A stretch of DNA of 64,000 nt from Vicinamibacterales bacterium (GTDB lineage Bacteria; Acidobacteriota; Vicinamibacteria; Vicinamibacterales; UBA2999), in NCBI GenBank assembly GCA_050250875.1, contig JBFWNV010000009.1, positions 45,170 through 109,169 on the forward strand. Reading direction: 5' to 3'. A program made the translations under genes and the position numbers. The notes beneath the pieces were generated by a model, which saw only the letters and a program-made list of their open reading frames with translations, searched no databases and had not been told where the DNA came from. Positions 17,637 through 27,909 of this stretch are shown here, in pieces. Each line of letters begins with the position of its first letter. The stretch's first letter is position 1.

Positions 17637-18650
17637 CTAGCCCCCGTAAACGATATCGGCGTCGGAATCCATCGCATGCAGCGAGAGCACGTGCTGTTCG
17701 AGACAGCGGCCGGTCTCGCCGGTCGCGTGGTACGAGACGCGGACCGGCAGCCTCGCCGGGAACAGACGACCGAACTGCCGCACCAGCGCCGGATGGCTGC
17801 AGACGGCCCAGATCAGATCGATGTCGTGATCGAGCGCCCACACGACCAGACGCGCCAACACGTTGTGGGTGGCGTCCGGGCTTGCGTTCTCGCTGGCATA
17901 GAGCACGTGTGCCCGGCGGAGACCACCTTCGGCGAAGACGCGCAGGATCAGGTGCGCGTCGCCATCGGCGGCGTGGACGTACTCGCTCGCCACCGGGCTG
18001 TCGACGAGTCGCCAGTGCAGCCAGTCGCGGTCGCGGATGAGACCGGTCGGGCCGGGGTCGTCGAAGATCGCCGTCAGGTCGCCGACCTCGCCCAGCGGCC
18101 GGACCTCCAGCGGGCGGCGGTGCCTGGCGCGCGCCCGCAGCAGCGCGCGGTAGATCGGCTGGCCCAGGCCCGCGGCGGCCGCGAGTCGTGGGTCAATCCC
18201 ACGGTAGCGCAGCACGTTGGTGAGGTTGATCGGCAGCGCGAAACGGTAGCAGCCGACCTGCTGCCGCCAGCCGTACTTCTCGAGCACGCCGATCGAGCGA
18301 TCGTTGGGCTGGCCGAGTTGGATGTCGCAGCGGTCCATCCACGCCCGGGTCAGGACCTGTCCGATCCCCTGGCGCTGCAGGTCGGGCGCCACGATGAAGT
18401 CGATGAACCAGGTGGCCGCCCGCACCACGCCGGCGACGCGCAGGTGTACGGGAATGCCTGCGGCCTGTCCGGCGATGCGGCCGTCGGGCAGGATGGCCAT
18501 GACCGGTGTGATCGGCGACTCGCTGCCGACCCGGTAGCGCCACTCGAACCGGTCGACGAATGCAGCGCGCCGCTGCGGGTAGACCTGCCGGTAGAACGCC
18601 TGCACGCGCTCTCGCGGCAGGGCCGTGATCGAAACGGTCTGGATGTCCAA
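17637..18650 (-). CDS. GNAT-family N-acyltransferase
   Basis: Acetyl-CoA-binding core 'FIVAPDLQRQGIGQVLTRAW'. The extra C-terminal domain has unknown function. Confidence 0.7.
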   Translation of the reverse strand: MDIQTVSITALPRERVQAFYRQVYPQRRAAFVDRFEWRYRVGSESPITPVMAILPDGRIAGQAAGIPVHLRVAGVVRAATWFIDFIVAPDLQRQGIGQVLTRAWMDRCDIQLGQPNDRSIGVLEKYGWRQQVGCYRFALPINLTNVLRYRGIDPRLAAAAGLGQPIYRALLRARARHRRPLEVRPLGEVGDLTAIFDDPGPTGLIRDRDWLHWRLVDSPVASEYVHAADGDAHLILRVFAEGGLRRAHVLYASENASPDATHNVLARLVVWALDHDIDLIWAVCSHPALVRQFGRLFPARLPVRVSYHATGETGRCLEQHVLSLHAMDSDADIVYGG

Positions 18651-18654
18651 GGTG

Positions 18655-19758
18655 CTATCGTGGCCCGAGCGCGGTCATGACCTTGAGCCGGGCGATGTCG
18701 CGGCGGTCGCGATCGTAGAGCGGAATTCGCGGCAGCGCATTCAAGGGGCTGCCACGCAGCCGGCCGCGCGACAACGTGACCGCCGAGGTGTAGGTCTCGG
18801 AGACGATGGCCGGCGCGAGCGTGCCAATCGACGCCGGCGCCCCGTAGGGGTAGCAGAAATGGTTCACCGGGCGTCCGGTGCGGGCGCGGATCGCGGCCTG
18901 GCTCGTCGTCAGCTCCCGGCGCAGCTCGTCGGCGGCCAGACAGACGACCGCCTGATGGGACACCCCGTGGCTCTGGAACGAGATGCCGTCCTGTTGCGAC
19001 AGGGCCTCGACCTGCGACCAGCTCATCGGTGGCATCACGCGGTAGATGGCCTCGGGGGTGAGGAAGCCGCCGGCGATGGCCGCGTCGGCAATGGCCTCGA
19101 CCTCGGGCTTGTACTCGTCCTCGCGGTGGCGATACATGCGGTGGATCAGGTCGGTGAAGTACGCCTGGCGCTGGTCGGCGGTGCGCAGGTCGATGCGACG
19201 GCCGCGGATTTCCACGACCACCGGCGGCGATCCGGCCTGAAGGTTCTGGATCACGAGGAACGGCAGCGTGTGCTCGTCGAGGAAGCGGGTCGGCAGATAG
19301 AACGTCATCGGCCAGCCCTTGTCGCGGGCCGCCGCACAGTAGTCGATGACGGTGTCGCGAAACCCGTCATCCACGGTGATGGCGAACAACCCGGCCGTCG
19401 AGCGGTTGGCGGCAACACGCTCCACCAAGTCGTCGAGCGGCACCACCTGATCGGGGTGCAGCGCGTCGACGAGCTCGACCATCGTCTGCCACGGGGCGCT
19501 GTGAAAGGCCAGCAGGTAGCCGCCGCGCAGCCGTCCGCCGAGGCCGCGCAGCAGCCGGCCGATGCCCGAGTGGTGCAGTCCCGCGGAAATCGACTCGGTG
19601 ACGTGACGCAGTACGGGCACCGCGGCTCGGTCCGTGGCGACCGGAGGGGCGGAAGTCGTGCGCTGCAGGGGCATGGGAACACCGATCGATGCGCGGGCGC
19701 CGTCACACGTCCCGGCGATGGACCCGGCGGCATCGTCCGGCGCGCGTGATCCTACCAC
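18655..19758 (-). CDS. polysaccharide deacetylase (NodB homology domain)
   Basis: 'FAITVDDGFRDTV' carries the NodB TFDD-type motif 1, and 'SFQSHGVSHQ' is an H-x-x-x-x-H-type motif. The N-terminus is uncertain. Confidence 0.8.
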   Translation of the reverse strand: MVGSRAPDDAAGSIAGTCDGARASIGVPMPLQRTTSAPPVATDRAAVPVLRHVTESISAGLHHSGIGRLLRGLGGRLRGGYLLAFHSAPWQTMVELVDALHPDQVVPLDDLVERVAANRSTAGLFAITVDDGFRDTVIDYCAAARDKGWPMTFYLPTRFLDEHTLPFLVIQNLQAGSPPVVVEIRGRRIDLRTADQRQAYFTDLIHRMYRHREDEYKPEVEAIADAAIAGGFLTPEAIYRVMPPMSWSQVEALSQQDGISFQSHGVSHQAVVCLAADELRRELTTSQAAIRARTGRPVNHFCYPYGAPASIGTLAPAIVSETYTSAVTLSRGRLRGSPLNALPRIPLYDRDRRDIARLKVMTALGPR

Positions 19759-19792
19759 CGGCGGCCGAGCCGCCGCGCCGCGAGGCGCGGCA

Positions 19793-20869
19793 TCAAGACG
19801 GTTTCTGGAAGACGAGAATGCTGGTCGACTTGGGCGCCAGCATCGGCGCGACCCGCGCCCGCCCAGCCAGCCGACGTGCCACCTGTCCGGCCCACCGGCG
19901 TGTGGTGGCGAGATCGGCGTTGGCGGTCCTGTAGAGTCGGCTGCGGGCCGCTGGCGGCAGTGCCGAGCACAGGCCCTTGACCGCGTGCTTGAACGGTACC
20001 CGGCGGACCACGTCGTGCTTGCCGAGCAGCACGAGGCCGGCGGCGGCGCCCGCCGCGCGCCACTCGAACAGCCGATACTCGTGCTCGCCGTTCTCGCGCC
20101 GCGTGAGCACCAGGTCGGACGGATAGCAGTTGGCCAGCAGGTAATCGCGGCTGTAGACCTTGGCGAGCATCCGCTCGACGTCGTCGTCGGACACCGAGTC
20201 GTCGTGACAGCGGTCGAAACAGAGCAGCAGGCCGCCCGGCTTGAGGACGCGTGCGCACTCGGACATGGTCACCGCCAGATCGTCGGAGTGATGCAGCGAG
20301 TCGTTTTCGATCGCGAAGTCGAGCGAGGCGTCGGGAATCCGCAGATCGTCGAACGACCCGGTGATCGGCACGACCTTGTGTGCCGACCGTCCGAGCACGT
20401 GGGCGGCGATCCGCGGGATCAGCAACTCGGTGATCCGCTCACAGACTTCCACGGCCAGGACCGCCTCGACGTCCGAGCGCTTCGCCACCACCGCGGCCAG
20501 GACGCCGCAGCCCGCGCCAAGTTCGATGCCGCGTCCACGCAGACGGTGAGGCAGGAAGTGACGCTCGGCCAGGCGCACCAGCGTCCGCATCTGAGCGGGC
20601 GTCAGGTAGACGTAGCGCAATGCGATGTCGTACGCCGATTCGGCGGCGAGATGTTCGGCGAAGCGGTCCCGCAGCGTGACGGCCGGGGCCGCGCGCAGGG
20701 TGTCGCTCACGGGCCACTGCAGGGGCCGGCCGGTCACCGCGTAGTCACGCTGCAGGGTGGCGAGCCACCCGTCGTCCGAGGTGTGCGCAATGGTGGTGCG
20801 CTCACCCCGCGCCGGGTTCATGGACCATGCCGCAGGTGACCCTACCGTACGCTCGACTCCAACCGCCAT
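19793..20869 (-). CDS. class I SAM-dependent methyltransferase
   Basis: Motif I 'GIELGAGCGVLAAVVAK' and 'LKPGGLLLCFD'. An alternative ATG start lies at 20821. Confidence 0.8.
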   Translation of the reverse strand: MAVGVERTVGSPAAWSMNPARGERTTIAHTSDDGWLATLQRDYAVTGRPLQWPVSDTLRAAPAVTLRDRFAEHLAAESAYDIALRYVYLTPAQMRTLVRLAERHFLPHRLRGRGIELGAGCGVLAAVVAKRSDVEAVLAVEVCERITELLIPRIAAHVLGRSAHKVVPITGSFDDLRIPDASLDFAIENDSLHHSDDLAVTMSECARVLKPGGLLLCFDRCHDDSVSDDDVERMLAKVYSRDYLLANCYPSDLVLTRRENGEHEYRLFEWRAAGAAAGLVLLGKHDVVRRVPFKHAVKGLCSALPPAARSRLYRTANADLATTRRWAGQVARRLAGRARVAPMLAPKSTSILVFQKPS

Positions 20870-21189
20870 AGGTTATGGTCGAACGAAACGACGCCGCCGT
20901 CAACGTGCGGCACCGAGGGTGCTGGACGTTGTGGCGAACGGCCTGAAGCCGCGTGCACGGCAGCGCCGGTACCGGCGAACACGGGCAACAGTGCGGTCTC
21001 GTGGCGGCCTCGCTCGGCGCGTTGCGTGCGGCGCGACGGGCGACCGGCGCCGGGACTCCGGCGGCGCGACGTTGATGGGCCCACAGGGCTGGTGTACGCT
21101 GAGCGGCGCAGGGGCGCGCTCACGACCGTGGTCGAAGCCGTTCCGACGACAGGAGGTTCGTAATCGGCGTCAGCCAGACATCTCGCCCC

Positions 21190-22377
21190 GTGCCGGTCGG
21201 GCTCCACGCCGAGTCGGACGCGGCTCCGGGGCGACCCGAGTGCGCCGTGCCGACGGCCGGGGCCGCCGCCACGGTGAGTGGACGACGACACGTCCTGCAC
21301 GTCGTCGACACCCTCGATGCGGGCGGCAAGGAACGCGTCGCGGTCAACCTCGTCAACGCGCTGCCTCGGGAACGTTTCCGGCTGAGCCTGTGCACGACGC
21401 GGCGGGACGGCTCGCTGTCGGCCCTCGTGGCCGACGACGTCACCCGGCTTCGCCTGGAACGGAGGTGGCGGTTCGATCTGGCCGCGGTCCTCCGCACCAT
21501 CGCCTTCGTGCGCCGGAGCGGCGTCGAACTGCTGCACGCCCACGGCAGTTCGTTGTTCCATTGCCGGCTGGTCGCCGCCGCCCCCCCGTACCCTGCGGTG
21601 CTGTGGCACGACCACTACGGCCGCGAAACCGCCGAGCGGCCGGTGTGGATGTACCGGGCGGCGACGGCCGGGTGCGCCGGCGTGATCGCGGTCAACAGCA
21701 GGCTCGCCGACTGGGCGCGCAGCGCGCTCCACGTGCGGGCCGATCGCGTCTGGTACGTCCCGAACTTCGTGGTGAGCGCCGCCGGTGCCGAACGGGCGGC
21801 CGCGCCGCCGCTGCCAGGCACGCCGGACACCCGCATCGTCTGCGTGGCGCACCTCCGGCCGCAGAAGGATCACCTGACGCTCATCGCCGCCATGGCGCAG
21901 GTGGCCGCGGCGATGCCGGAGGCCCACCTGGTGCTGGTCGGTGAACTCGTCGACGTCGCCTACGTCGCGGCGGTCAGGCGCGAGATCGCCGCACGACGGC
22001 TCGACGGCCACGTGAGCATCCTGGGGCTGCGCCAGGAGGTGCCGGCCATCCTGCGGGCGTCGGCCGTCGGTGTGCTCAGTTCGGCGTCCGAAGGGCTGCC
22101 GCTGGCGCTCATCGAGTACGGCAAAGCCGGCCTGGCAGCCGTCGCCACCGATGTCGGTGAGTGTCGCGCGGTGCTCGACGACGGCCGGGCCGGGGTCCTG
22201 GTTCCGCCGGGAAACGCGACCGCGCTGGGCACGGCGCTGCTGTCGGTGCTCAGGTCCGGCGACCTCCGCCGCACCCTGAGCGACCGGCTGGCGACCCACA
22301 TCGACGCCAACTTCAGCGAGTCGCAGGGCATCCGTCGCATGTGCGAGATCTACGACCTCGTGCTCGGCCACCGATGA
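21190..22377 (+). CDS. glycosyltransferase family 4 (GT-B)
   Basis: 'HVLHVVDTLDAGGKERVAVNLVNAL' is a GT4 N-terminal motif. The C-terminal 'SEGLPLALIEYGKAGLAAVATDVGE' is an EX7E-type motif. An alternative GTG start lies at 21274. Confidence 0.85.
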   Translation: MPVGLHAESDAAPGRPECAVPTAGAAATVSGRRHVLHVVDTLDAGGKERVAVNLVNALPRERFRLSLCTTRRDGSLSALVADDVTRLRLERRWRFDLAAVLRTIAFVRRSGVELLHAHGSSLFHCRLVAAAPPYPAVLWHDHYGRETAERPVWMYRAATAGCAGVIAVNSRLADWARSALHVRADRVWYVPNFVVSAAGAERAAAPPLPGTPDTRIVCVAHLRPQKDHLTLIAAMAQVAAAMPEAHLVLVGELVDVAYVAAVRREIAARRLDGHVSILGLRQEVPAILRASAVGVLSSASEGLPLALIEYGKAGLAAVATDVGECRAVLDDGRAGVLVPPGNATALGTALLSVLRSGDLRRTLSDRLATHIDANFSESQGIRRMCEIYDLVLGHR

Positions 22378-23129
22378 ACGCGATGGAGCCGCCGACGACC
22401 CGCGCCGAGGCCGACGAGTACCGCTCGGGCGCCTACTTCCGCGAGCCGGATCGGCACTCCGCGGACGCCGAGTACAAGGCCCGCATGTTCGTCAGCCTGC
22501 TGCGGCGGAATCCCGGCTGTGCCGATATCCGCACGGTGGCCGACGTCGGCTGCGGGTCCGGGGCGGCGACGATTGCCGTCGTCGCCGGTATGGACGAACT
22601 CGGCTTCGAGGTTGCGGAGGCGGTCGGCTACGATATCTCGCCACACGTCGCGTCGCTGCGCCACCCGCGCGTCCGTTTCGTGCACGAGGACTTCGTCGCG
22701 AGCGGGCGCGGTTACGACCTGGTGACCCTCTTCGACGTGGTGGAGCACGTACCCGACCCGATCGAGTTCTTGCGGCTGCTGTCGCAACGCACCAGGTTCG
22801 TCGGGCTGCACCTACCGCTCGACGACTCGCTGAACTGCGCCGCTCGGGACCTGTTCAGATCGAGCTTGAAGGATCCGGGTCACCTCCTCGCGCTCGACAC
22901 GGCATCGGCGCTGAATCTGCTGGCCTTCGCCGGCCTGCGGGTCGTGGACTACGAGTACGTCCTCGGCTTCCGGGCGCCGAGCGCCGCCGTCACCGTGCGA
23001 TCGGCCAGCATCTACCCGCTGCGGGCCGTGCTGGCGGCCGTGTCGCCCTGGCTGCTCGCCAAGACCCTCGGCGGCGTCAGTCTGATGGTGCTCTGTCGGA
23101 CCGCACCGCCGCCCGGGGGGCGGCGCTGA
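22374..23129 (+). CDS. class I SAM-dependent methyltransferase
   Basis: ATG 22374 overlaps the GT4 stop (ATGA). Motif I is 'VADVGCGSGAATIAVV', followed by 'DLVTLFDVVEHVPDP'. Confidence 0.8.
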   Translation: MNAMEPPTTRAEADEYRSGAYFREPDRHSADAEYKARMFVSLLRRNPGCADIRTVADVGCGSGAATIAVVAGMDELGFEVAEAVGYDISPHVASLRHPRVRFVHEDFVASGRGYDLVTLFDVVEHVPDPIEFLRLLSQRTRFVGLHLPLDDSLNCAARDLFRSSLKDPGHLLALDTASALNLLAFAGLRVVDYEYVLGFRAPSAAVTVRSASIYPLRAVLAAVSPWLLAKTLGGVSLMVLCRTAPPPGGRR

Positions 23130-23173
23130 CGCTGCGCCGGGCGGACGATTCGCCCGGGGCGGCAGCGCCCGGT

Positions 23174-24289
23174 TCAGCCGGCGAGGTCGGGCCGGGGCAG
23201 GGGCACCGCGGGGCCGGCGACGGTCCTGAGCAGCTGCTCCCAGCGCGGCAGCAGCAGCGACCAGTCACGGCCGAGCGCGTTCTGCCGTCCGTGCGCCGAC
23301 AGGCGGGTGGCGAGGGCCGGCGTGGTCAGCAGTCGTTGGATCGCCGCCGCCATCGCGGTGACGTCGTCGGCCGGCACCAGCAGGGCGTCGTGCTCGTGCT
23401 GAAGCAGGAAGGGAATGCCGCCGACCGACGTGCTGACGACGCACAGGCCGGAGGCCAGCGCCTCGACGACGGTGACCGGCGTGTTGTCGACGTTGGTCGT
23501 GTTGAGGAAGATATCGTGCGCGCTGAACACGTCGGGGAGATCCCACTTCGGCACCGGCCCGGCGAAGTCGACGCAGTCGCTCACGCCGAGCGTCCGCGCC
23601 AGCTGCACCGTGTGTTCATAGGAACCGTCGCCGCGGTCCGGTCCGACCATGACGAGCCGCACCTCGGGAACCACGCCGCGCAGATGCGCGACCACCCGCA
23701 CCGCCATCGCCGGGTTGTAGATCGCGTGGAACGCCCGCACCCAGAGCAGGCGCGGACGCACCTGAGGACGCAGGCGATGGTGGTAGGACGCGGTGGCGAT
23801 CGGATTGGGGTGGACGACGAGGTCCGGACGGTACTTCGCCATCGCGGTTGCGAGGTACCCCGACGGGGTGGTGACCGCCGCGGCCGATGCCAGCAGCCGC
23901 GTCACGCGTCGCGGCCGGTCGGCCGAGAATTCCGGCAGCGCCCCGCCGTGCAGCGTCAGCACGTAGGGACGGCCGACACGCCGCAGCAGCCAGCAGGCGG
24001 CCTCCGCCCAGATGAACGATGGGCCGCTGTAGACGTCCACCTGAGCGACGGCATACCGGCCGCGCTGGCGCCAGATCGCCGCCAGCATGTCGGCGAGGCG
24101 GAGCAGCCGGCGCCGCTGGCGTGACGTGGTCAGCACCCGCCAGCCGGCGGCGGCGAGATGGCTGGCGAGCTCCTCGCACACACCGAACGTGCCGGTCGTC
24201 GCGTGCAGGAAGTTGCCGACGATCATCACCGAATCGACGGCGCGGCCGGCGGGCGCCGGCGGCAGGGCGGCGGAGCGCGAGGACGTCAC
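23174..24289 (-). CDS. glycosyltransferase family 4
   Basis: 'MIVGNFLHATTGTFGVCEELASHLAAAGWRV' at the N-terminus and 'DNTPVTVVEALASGLCVVSTSVGGIP' (EX7E region). Confidence 0.85.
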   Translation of the reverse strand: MTSSRSAALPPAPAGRAVDSVMIVGNFLHATTGTFGVCEELASHLAAAGWRVLTTSRQRRRLLRLADMLAAIWRQRGRYAVAQVDVYSGPSFIWAEAACWLLRRVGRPYVLTLHGGALPEFSADRPRRVTRLLASAAAVTTPSGYLATAMAKYRPDLVVHPNPIATASYHHRLRPQVRPRLLWVRAFHAIYNPAMAVRVVAHLRGVVPEVRLVMVGPDRGDGSYEHTVQLARTLGVSDCVDFAGPVPKWDLPDVFSAHDIFLNTTNVDNTPVTVVEALASGLCVVSTSVGGIPFLLQHEHDALLVPADDVTAMAAAIQRLLTTPALATRLSAHGRQNALGRDWSLLLPRWEQLLRTVAGPAVPLPRPDLAG

Positions 24290-24328
24290 TGTTGCCGGCA
24301 GGGCGAATCGCGACGCGGGCGGTCGGCC

Positions 24329-25609
24329 TCAGCGCCGATGGCGCCGCGACAGGGTGCGGATGACGTCGATCACGTGATCGACGTCGGCATCGCTCATCGT
24401 CGAGTAGAGCGGGATCGAGACGAGCCGCTCGAACTGGGCGGTCGCGACCGGAAAGTCCGCTGTGTCGCAGGCCAGGCGCTGCTGGTAGTAGGGGTGGGCG
24501 TGCAGTGGCCGCCAGTGCACCGAGCAGCCGACGCCGGCGGCGCGGAGTTCGTCGATGAACCGGTTTCGATCGATCGCCAGCTGGTCGAGGTGGAGTCGCA
24601 GCGGGAACAGGTGCCAGGCGTGGAGGCGGTTGCTGTCGGTCGGCGGCAGTTCGATCGCCGAGAGATCGGCGAGCGCCTCGAGGTAGGCGTGGGCCCGGGC
24701 CTCCCGGGCTCGACGCATCGGTTCGGCGCGCCGGAGTTGATGGATGCCGATCGCGGCGGCGATGTCGGTCAGGTTGTACTTGTACCCGGCGGCGACGATC
24801 CGGTAGTCCCAGCTCGCGCCGCCCGAATAGCGATCCCAGGCGTCGCGGGTGAGACCGTGCAGGGACATGAGGCGCATGCGTTCGGCGAGAGCGGGGTCGG
24901 CGGTCGTCGCCATGCCGCCCTCGCCGGTGGTGATGGTCTTGTTGGCGTAGAACGAGAACGCGGTAACCGTACCGGTACCGCCGCCGCAGTACTCCCAGGG
25001 AGCGTCGGCGTCGGGCCGCCACGCGGCAGGCAACGCGTGCGCGGCGTCCTCGACCACCCACAGCCCGTGGCGATGCGCCAGGGCGCGCACCGCGCCGACG
25101 TCCATCATGAGGCCGCCGACGTGCACCGGCATGATGCCGACGAGCGACGACGGACGGGGCCCACGGTCCGCACCGGTCGAAGCGGCCCAGCGCTCGATGG
25201 CCCGCTCGGCCGCCTCGAGATCCATGTTCAGCGTGCGCGGGTCGCAGTCGACCAGCACCGGAAGGGCGCCCAGATAGTGGAGGACTTCGGCGGTCGCGGC
25301 GAAGGTCATGGTCGGGACCAGCACCCCTTGTCCTGGCTGCAGCCCGAGGGCTTCGATTGCCAGGTGCAGGGCGGCGGTGGCCGAATTCACGGCGAGCGCG
25401 TGGGCCGCGCCGACGGTCTCGGCGAACTCCCGCTCGAACTGCCTGACCCGAGGGCCGGTGGTCAGCCACCCGGATTTCAGGACCGCCACGACCTCGTCGG
25501 TCTCTGCGGCACCGAGATCCGGCTTGAAGAACGGCACTTCGCGCCTGGTCGTCACCGTGCTCTCAGCTGCCGTGCCCGCTGTCTGTCGCTCAGCCATGGT
25601 GCGCTCCAC
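24329..25609 (-). CDS. DegT/DnrJ/EryC1/StrS-family PLP-dependent sugar aminotransferase
   Basis: 'VPFFKPDLG..E...V..VLKSGWLTTGPRVRQFEREFAE', 'AVNSATAALHLA' and 'FSFYANKTITTGEGGM' (PLP lysine motif). Confidence 0.9.
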   Translation of the reverse strand: MERTMAERQTAGTAAESTVTTRREVPFFKPDLGAAETDEVVAVLKSGWLTTGPRVRQFEREFAETVGAAHALAVNSATAALHLAIEALGLQPGQGVLVPTMTFAATAEVLHYLGALPVLVDCDPRTLNMDLEAAERAIERWAASTGADRGPRPSSLVGIMPVHVGGLMMDVGAVRALAHRHGLWVVEDAAHALPAAWRPDADAPWEYCGGGTGTVTAFSFYANKTITTGEGGMATTADPALAERMRLMSLHGLTRDAWDRYSGGASWDYRIVAAGYKYNLTDIAAAIGIHQLRRAEPMRRAREARAHAYLEALADLSAIELPPTDSNRLHAWHLFPLRLHLDQLAIDRNRFIDELRAAGVGCSVHWRPLHAHPYYQQRLACDTADFPVATAQFERLVSIPLYSTMSDADVDHVIDVIRTLSRRHRR

Positions 25610-25699
25610 TCTGCTCCGTCACGTCGTGTCGAGGCCGCCCCGGCGCGTGGTGGGCGCCCGGCCAGCCGGGCCGTCGGGCCCTCGTCCTCATCCGCCAGT

Positions 25700-26740
25700 T
25701 CAGCCGCCGGCGGCGTCCTCGGCTGGTGGCCCCGGGGGCGGCGCGCCCTCGCCATCCAGATAGTCGATCAGGCGGGCGGCCAGGTACAGCTCGGTCCGGG
25801 CCAGCGACTCGTGGGTGTAGCCGCCGATATGCGGCGTGAGAATCAGGTCGTCGTGGGCCGCGGCGTAGCGGACCAGCGGATGGGTCGCCAGTGCGGGCGG
25901 CGGCTCACCCGTGAGCACGTCGAGGGCGGCGCCGCCGAGGCGGCCGCTCTCGAGGGCGGCCAGCAGCGCGTCCTCGTCGACCACCTCGCCGCGCGAGGTG
26001 TTGATGAACCACGCGCCCGGCCTCATCGCCGCGAATTCGCGGCGACCGATCAGTCGGCGGGTGTCGGGGTTCAAATCGACGTGCACCGAGACGAGGTCGG
26101 ACCGGGCGAGCAGCTCGTCGAGTGGCACGAGGGTGACGCCCTCGGCCGGCTCGCCAACCGGGTCCGTGGCCAGCACCTGCATCCCGAGCGCCTGCAGGTA
26201 GGTCGCCACGATCCGTCCCAGGCGCCCCAATCCGACGATGCCGGCCGACTTCTCGAACAGGTCGTGTCCCTTGAAGCCGTAACGGTTCCAGCCGCCGCCG
26301 TTCACGTGGGCCGCCGCCGCCGGCAGGCGACGCACCAGGGCGAGGATGAGGCCGAGCGTCAGTTCGGCGGTGGCACGGACCGTCTTCAGGAACTCGGCTT
26401 CGCCGCGCAGCGAGAAGATCGAGATGCCGCGCCGGTGCGCGGCGTCAAGGTCGATATGGTTGAGCCCCGTCGTGTTGGTGACGAGAGCGCGCAGGCGGGT
26501 CGCGGCCCGCAGCACCTCGTCATCGATGCGGTGCCGCAGTCGCACCCAGAGCACATCGGCCTGCGGCGCCGCTGCCAGCAGCCCGTCGCGATCGAGGTTC
26601 GCCGCCACGACGTGCGCGCGGGCGCTGAGGCGTTCCAGTGCCTGGGGGGCGAAACCCTCGGACTCGGCGATGAGAATCGTCACCGCACGGGCGGAGGGCC
26701 GACCGCTGGCAGAGTCGGATTGCCTGCTGTCTGACATCAT
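25700..26740 (-). CDS. D-isomer-specific 2-hydroxyacid dehydrogenase family protein
   Basis: Start trimmed to ATG 26740, which overlaps the upstream stop (ATGA). NAD motif 'GIVGLGRLGRIVA', 'FINTSRGEVVDEDAL' and 'LTPHIGG'. Confidence 0.85.
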   Translation of the reverse strand: MMSDSRQSDSASGRPSARAVTILIAESEGFAPQALERLSARAHVVAANLDRDGLLAAAPQADVLWVRLRHRIDDEVLRAATRLRALVTNTTGLNHIDLDAAHRRGISIFSLRGEAEFLKTVRATAELTLGLILALVRRLPAAAAHVNGGGWNRYGFKGHDLFEKSAGIVGLGRLGRIVATYLQALGMQVLATDPVGEPAEGVTLVPLDELLARSDLVSVHVDLNPDTRRLIGRREFAAMRPGAWFINTSRGEVVDEDALLAALESGRLGGAALDVLTGEPPPALATHPLVRYAAAHDDLILTPHIGGYTHESLARTELYLAARLIDYLDGEGAPPPGPPAEDAAGG

Positions 26741-27909
26741 CGGCGATGGCCGTGGCGCCGGTAGAACGACACGTTGCGGGTGAGGCACGCCGGCACCCCG
26801 AACTCGGCGACGGCCCGCTGTCGTCCCCGCTGGCCCATGCGGGCGGCGCCGTCGTCGTTGCCCAGGACCCGGCAGATGCGGTCGGCGATGTCGGCCGGAC
26901 TGGCCGGGTCGACCAGGAAGCCGCAGTCGCCGTCCGCGCCGAGCACCTCGGGCCCGGGTCCGCGGCACGACGCGACCACCGGCCGCCCGCAGGCCATCGC
27001 TTCCAGGAGCACGAGACCCTGCGTCTCCATGTACGAGGGGAAAACGCAGACGTTGGCCGCCGCCATCAGCCGGCTCACCTCGGTCCGCGGCCGCGGGCCG
27101 AGAAACCGGATGCGGGAGCGCAGCGCCGGGCCGAGCGAGCCCTCGATGCGTTCGCGGAGCGACCCGCCGTGTGGCGCCGGGATGTCACGGCCGACGAGCG
27201 ACAGTGTGGCGTCGGGGTGGTGCTGCAGGACCAGCTGCATGCCGTCGCAGAGTTCACGGACTCCTTTCTTCTCCGTGATCGCGCCGACGAAGAGCACCGA
27301 CCCGGCGACCACCGACGCCGGGTCAGGCGAGAATGCGTCGGTATCTACCGGGTTGCTGAGTACCTCAATCGAGCGACGTCCCAGCCGCATCGCCCGTCGG
27401 GTGACGTCGGCCGCGAACCGGCTGACGGCGCACAGGGCGCCGGCGCGCCGGATCGCCACCTGTTCCAGGAGCAGGCGGCTGTACCGCCTCGGTTGCGGCA
27501 GCGTCGCACACCAGAAATGATGCCCGCCGTGCAGCCGGACCACCGTCGCCGACCGCCCGGGCAGGCAGCCGGCTTCCGCCTCGGCCGCCTCGGCGACGTC
27601 GATTTCCCCGGCGGCCAACGCCCGCCGCAGGCGCGATTGCATGGTCCTCAACGACGCCCATGGACGGTCGCGTCGCACCATCTCCAGGCGGACGCCAGCG
27701 TCGTCCGACGTCGCGTCGTGATCGCCGAAGCCGTACACCGTCGCGCGATGGCCGGCATCGACCAGCGCGCGGGCAAGCGTGTGGACGAATGATCCGATGC
27801 CGCCATGCTGGGGCATGAACGCCGGGTACTCCGAGCAGACGAAGCCGACGCTCAGCGGTACGATCGCGCCGGGCCGGGCCGCGGCCGGCGTGGAGACCTC
27901 GAGCGTCAC
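26737..27909 (-). CDS. glycosyltransferase family 4
   Basis: GTG 27909 overlaps the upstream stop (GTGA). 'SEYPAFMPQHGGIGSFVHTLARALVDAGH' and 'METQGLVLLEAMACGRPVVAS'. Confidence 0.85.
   Translation of the reverse strand: MTLEVSTPAAARPGAIVPLSVGFVCSEYPAFMPQHGGIGSFVHTLARALVDAGHRATVYGFGDHDATSDDAGVRLEMVRRDRPWASLRTMQSRLRRALAAGEIDVAEAAEAEAGCLPGRSATVVRLHGGHHFWCATLPQPRRYSRLLLEQVAIRRAGALCAVSRFAADVTRRAMRLGRRSIEVLSNPVDTDAFSPDPASVVAGSVLFVGAITEKKGVRELCDGMQLVLQHHPDATLSLVGRDIPAPHGGSLRERIEGSLGPALRSRIRFLGPRPRTEVSRLMAAANVCVFPSYMETQGLVLLEAMACGRPVVASCRGPGPEVLGADGDCGFLVDPASPADIADRICRVLGNDDGAARMGQRGRQRAVAEFGVPACLTRNVSFYRRHGHRR

Noticed and set aside
24158-26734. An 858-aa plus-strand ORF, and the 617-aa alternative-frame ORF 23616..25469, across the GT4/DegT/dehydrogenase genes.
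   Set aside because: Both overlap three well-supported minus-strand genes. Their translations are dominated by Arg, Gly and Pro and have no recognisable domains.
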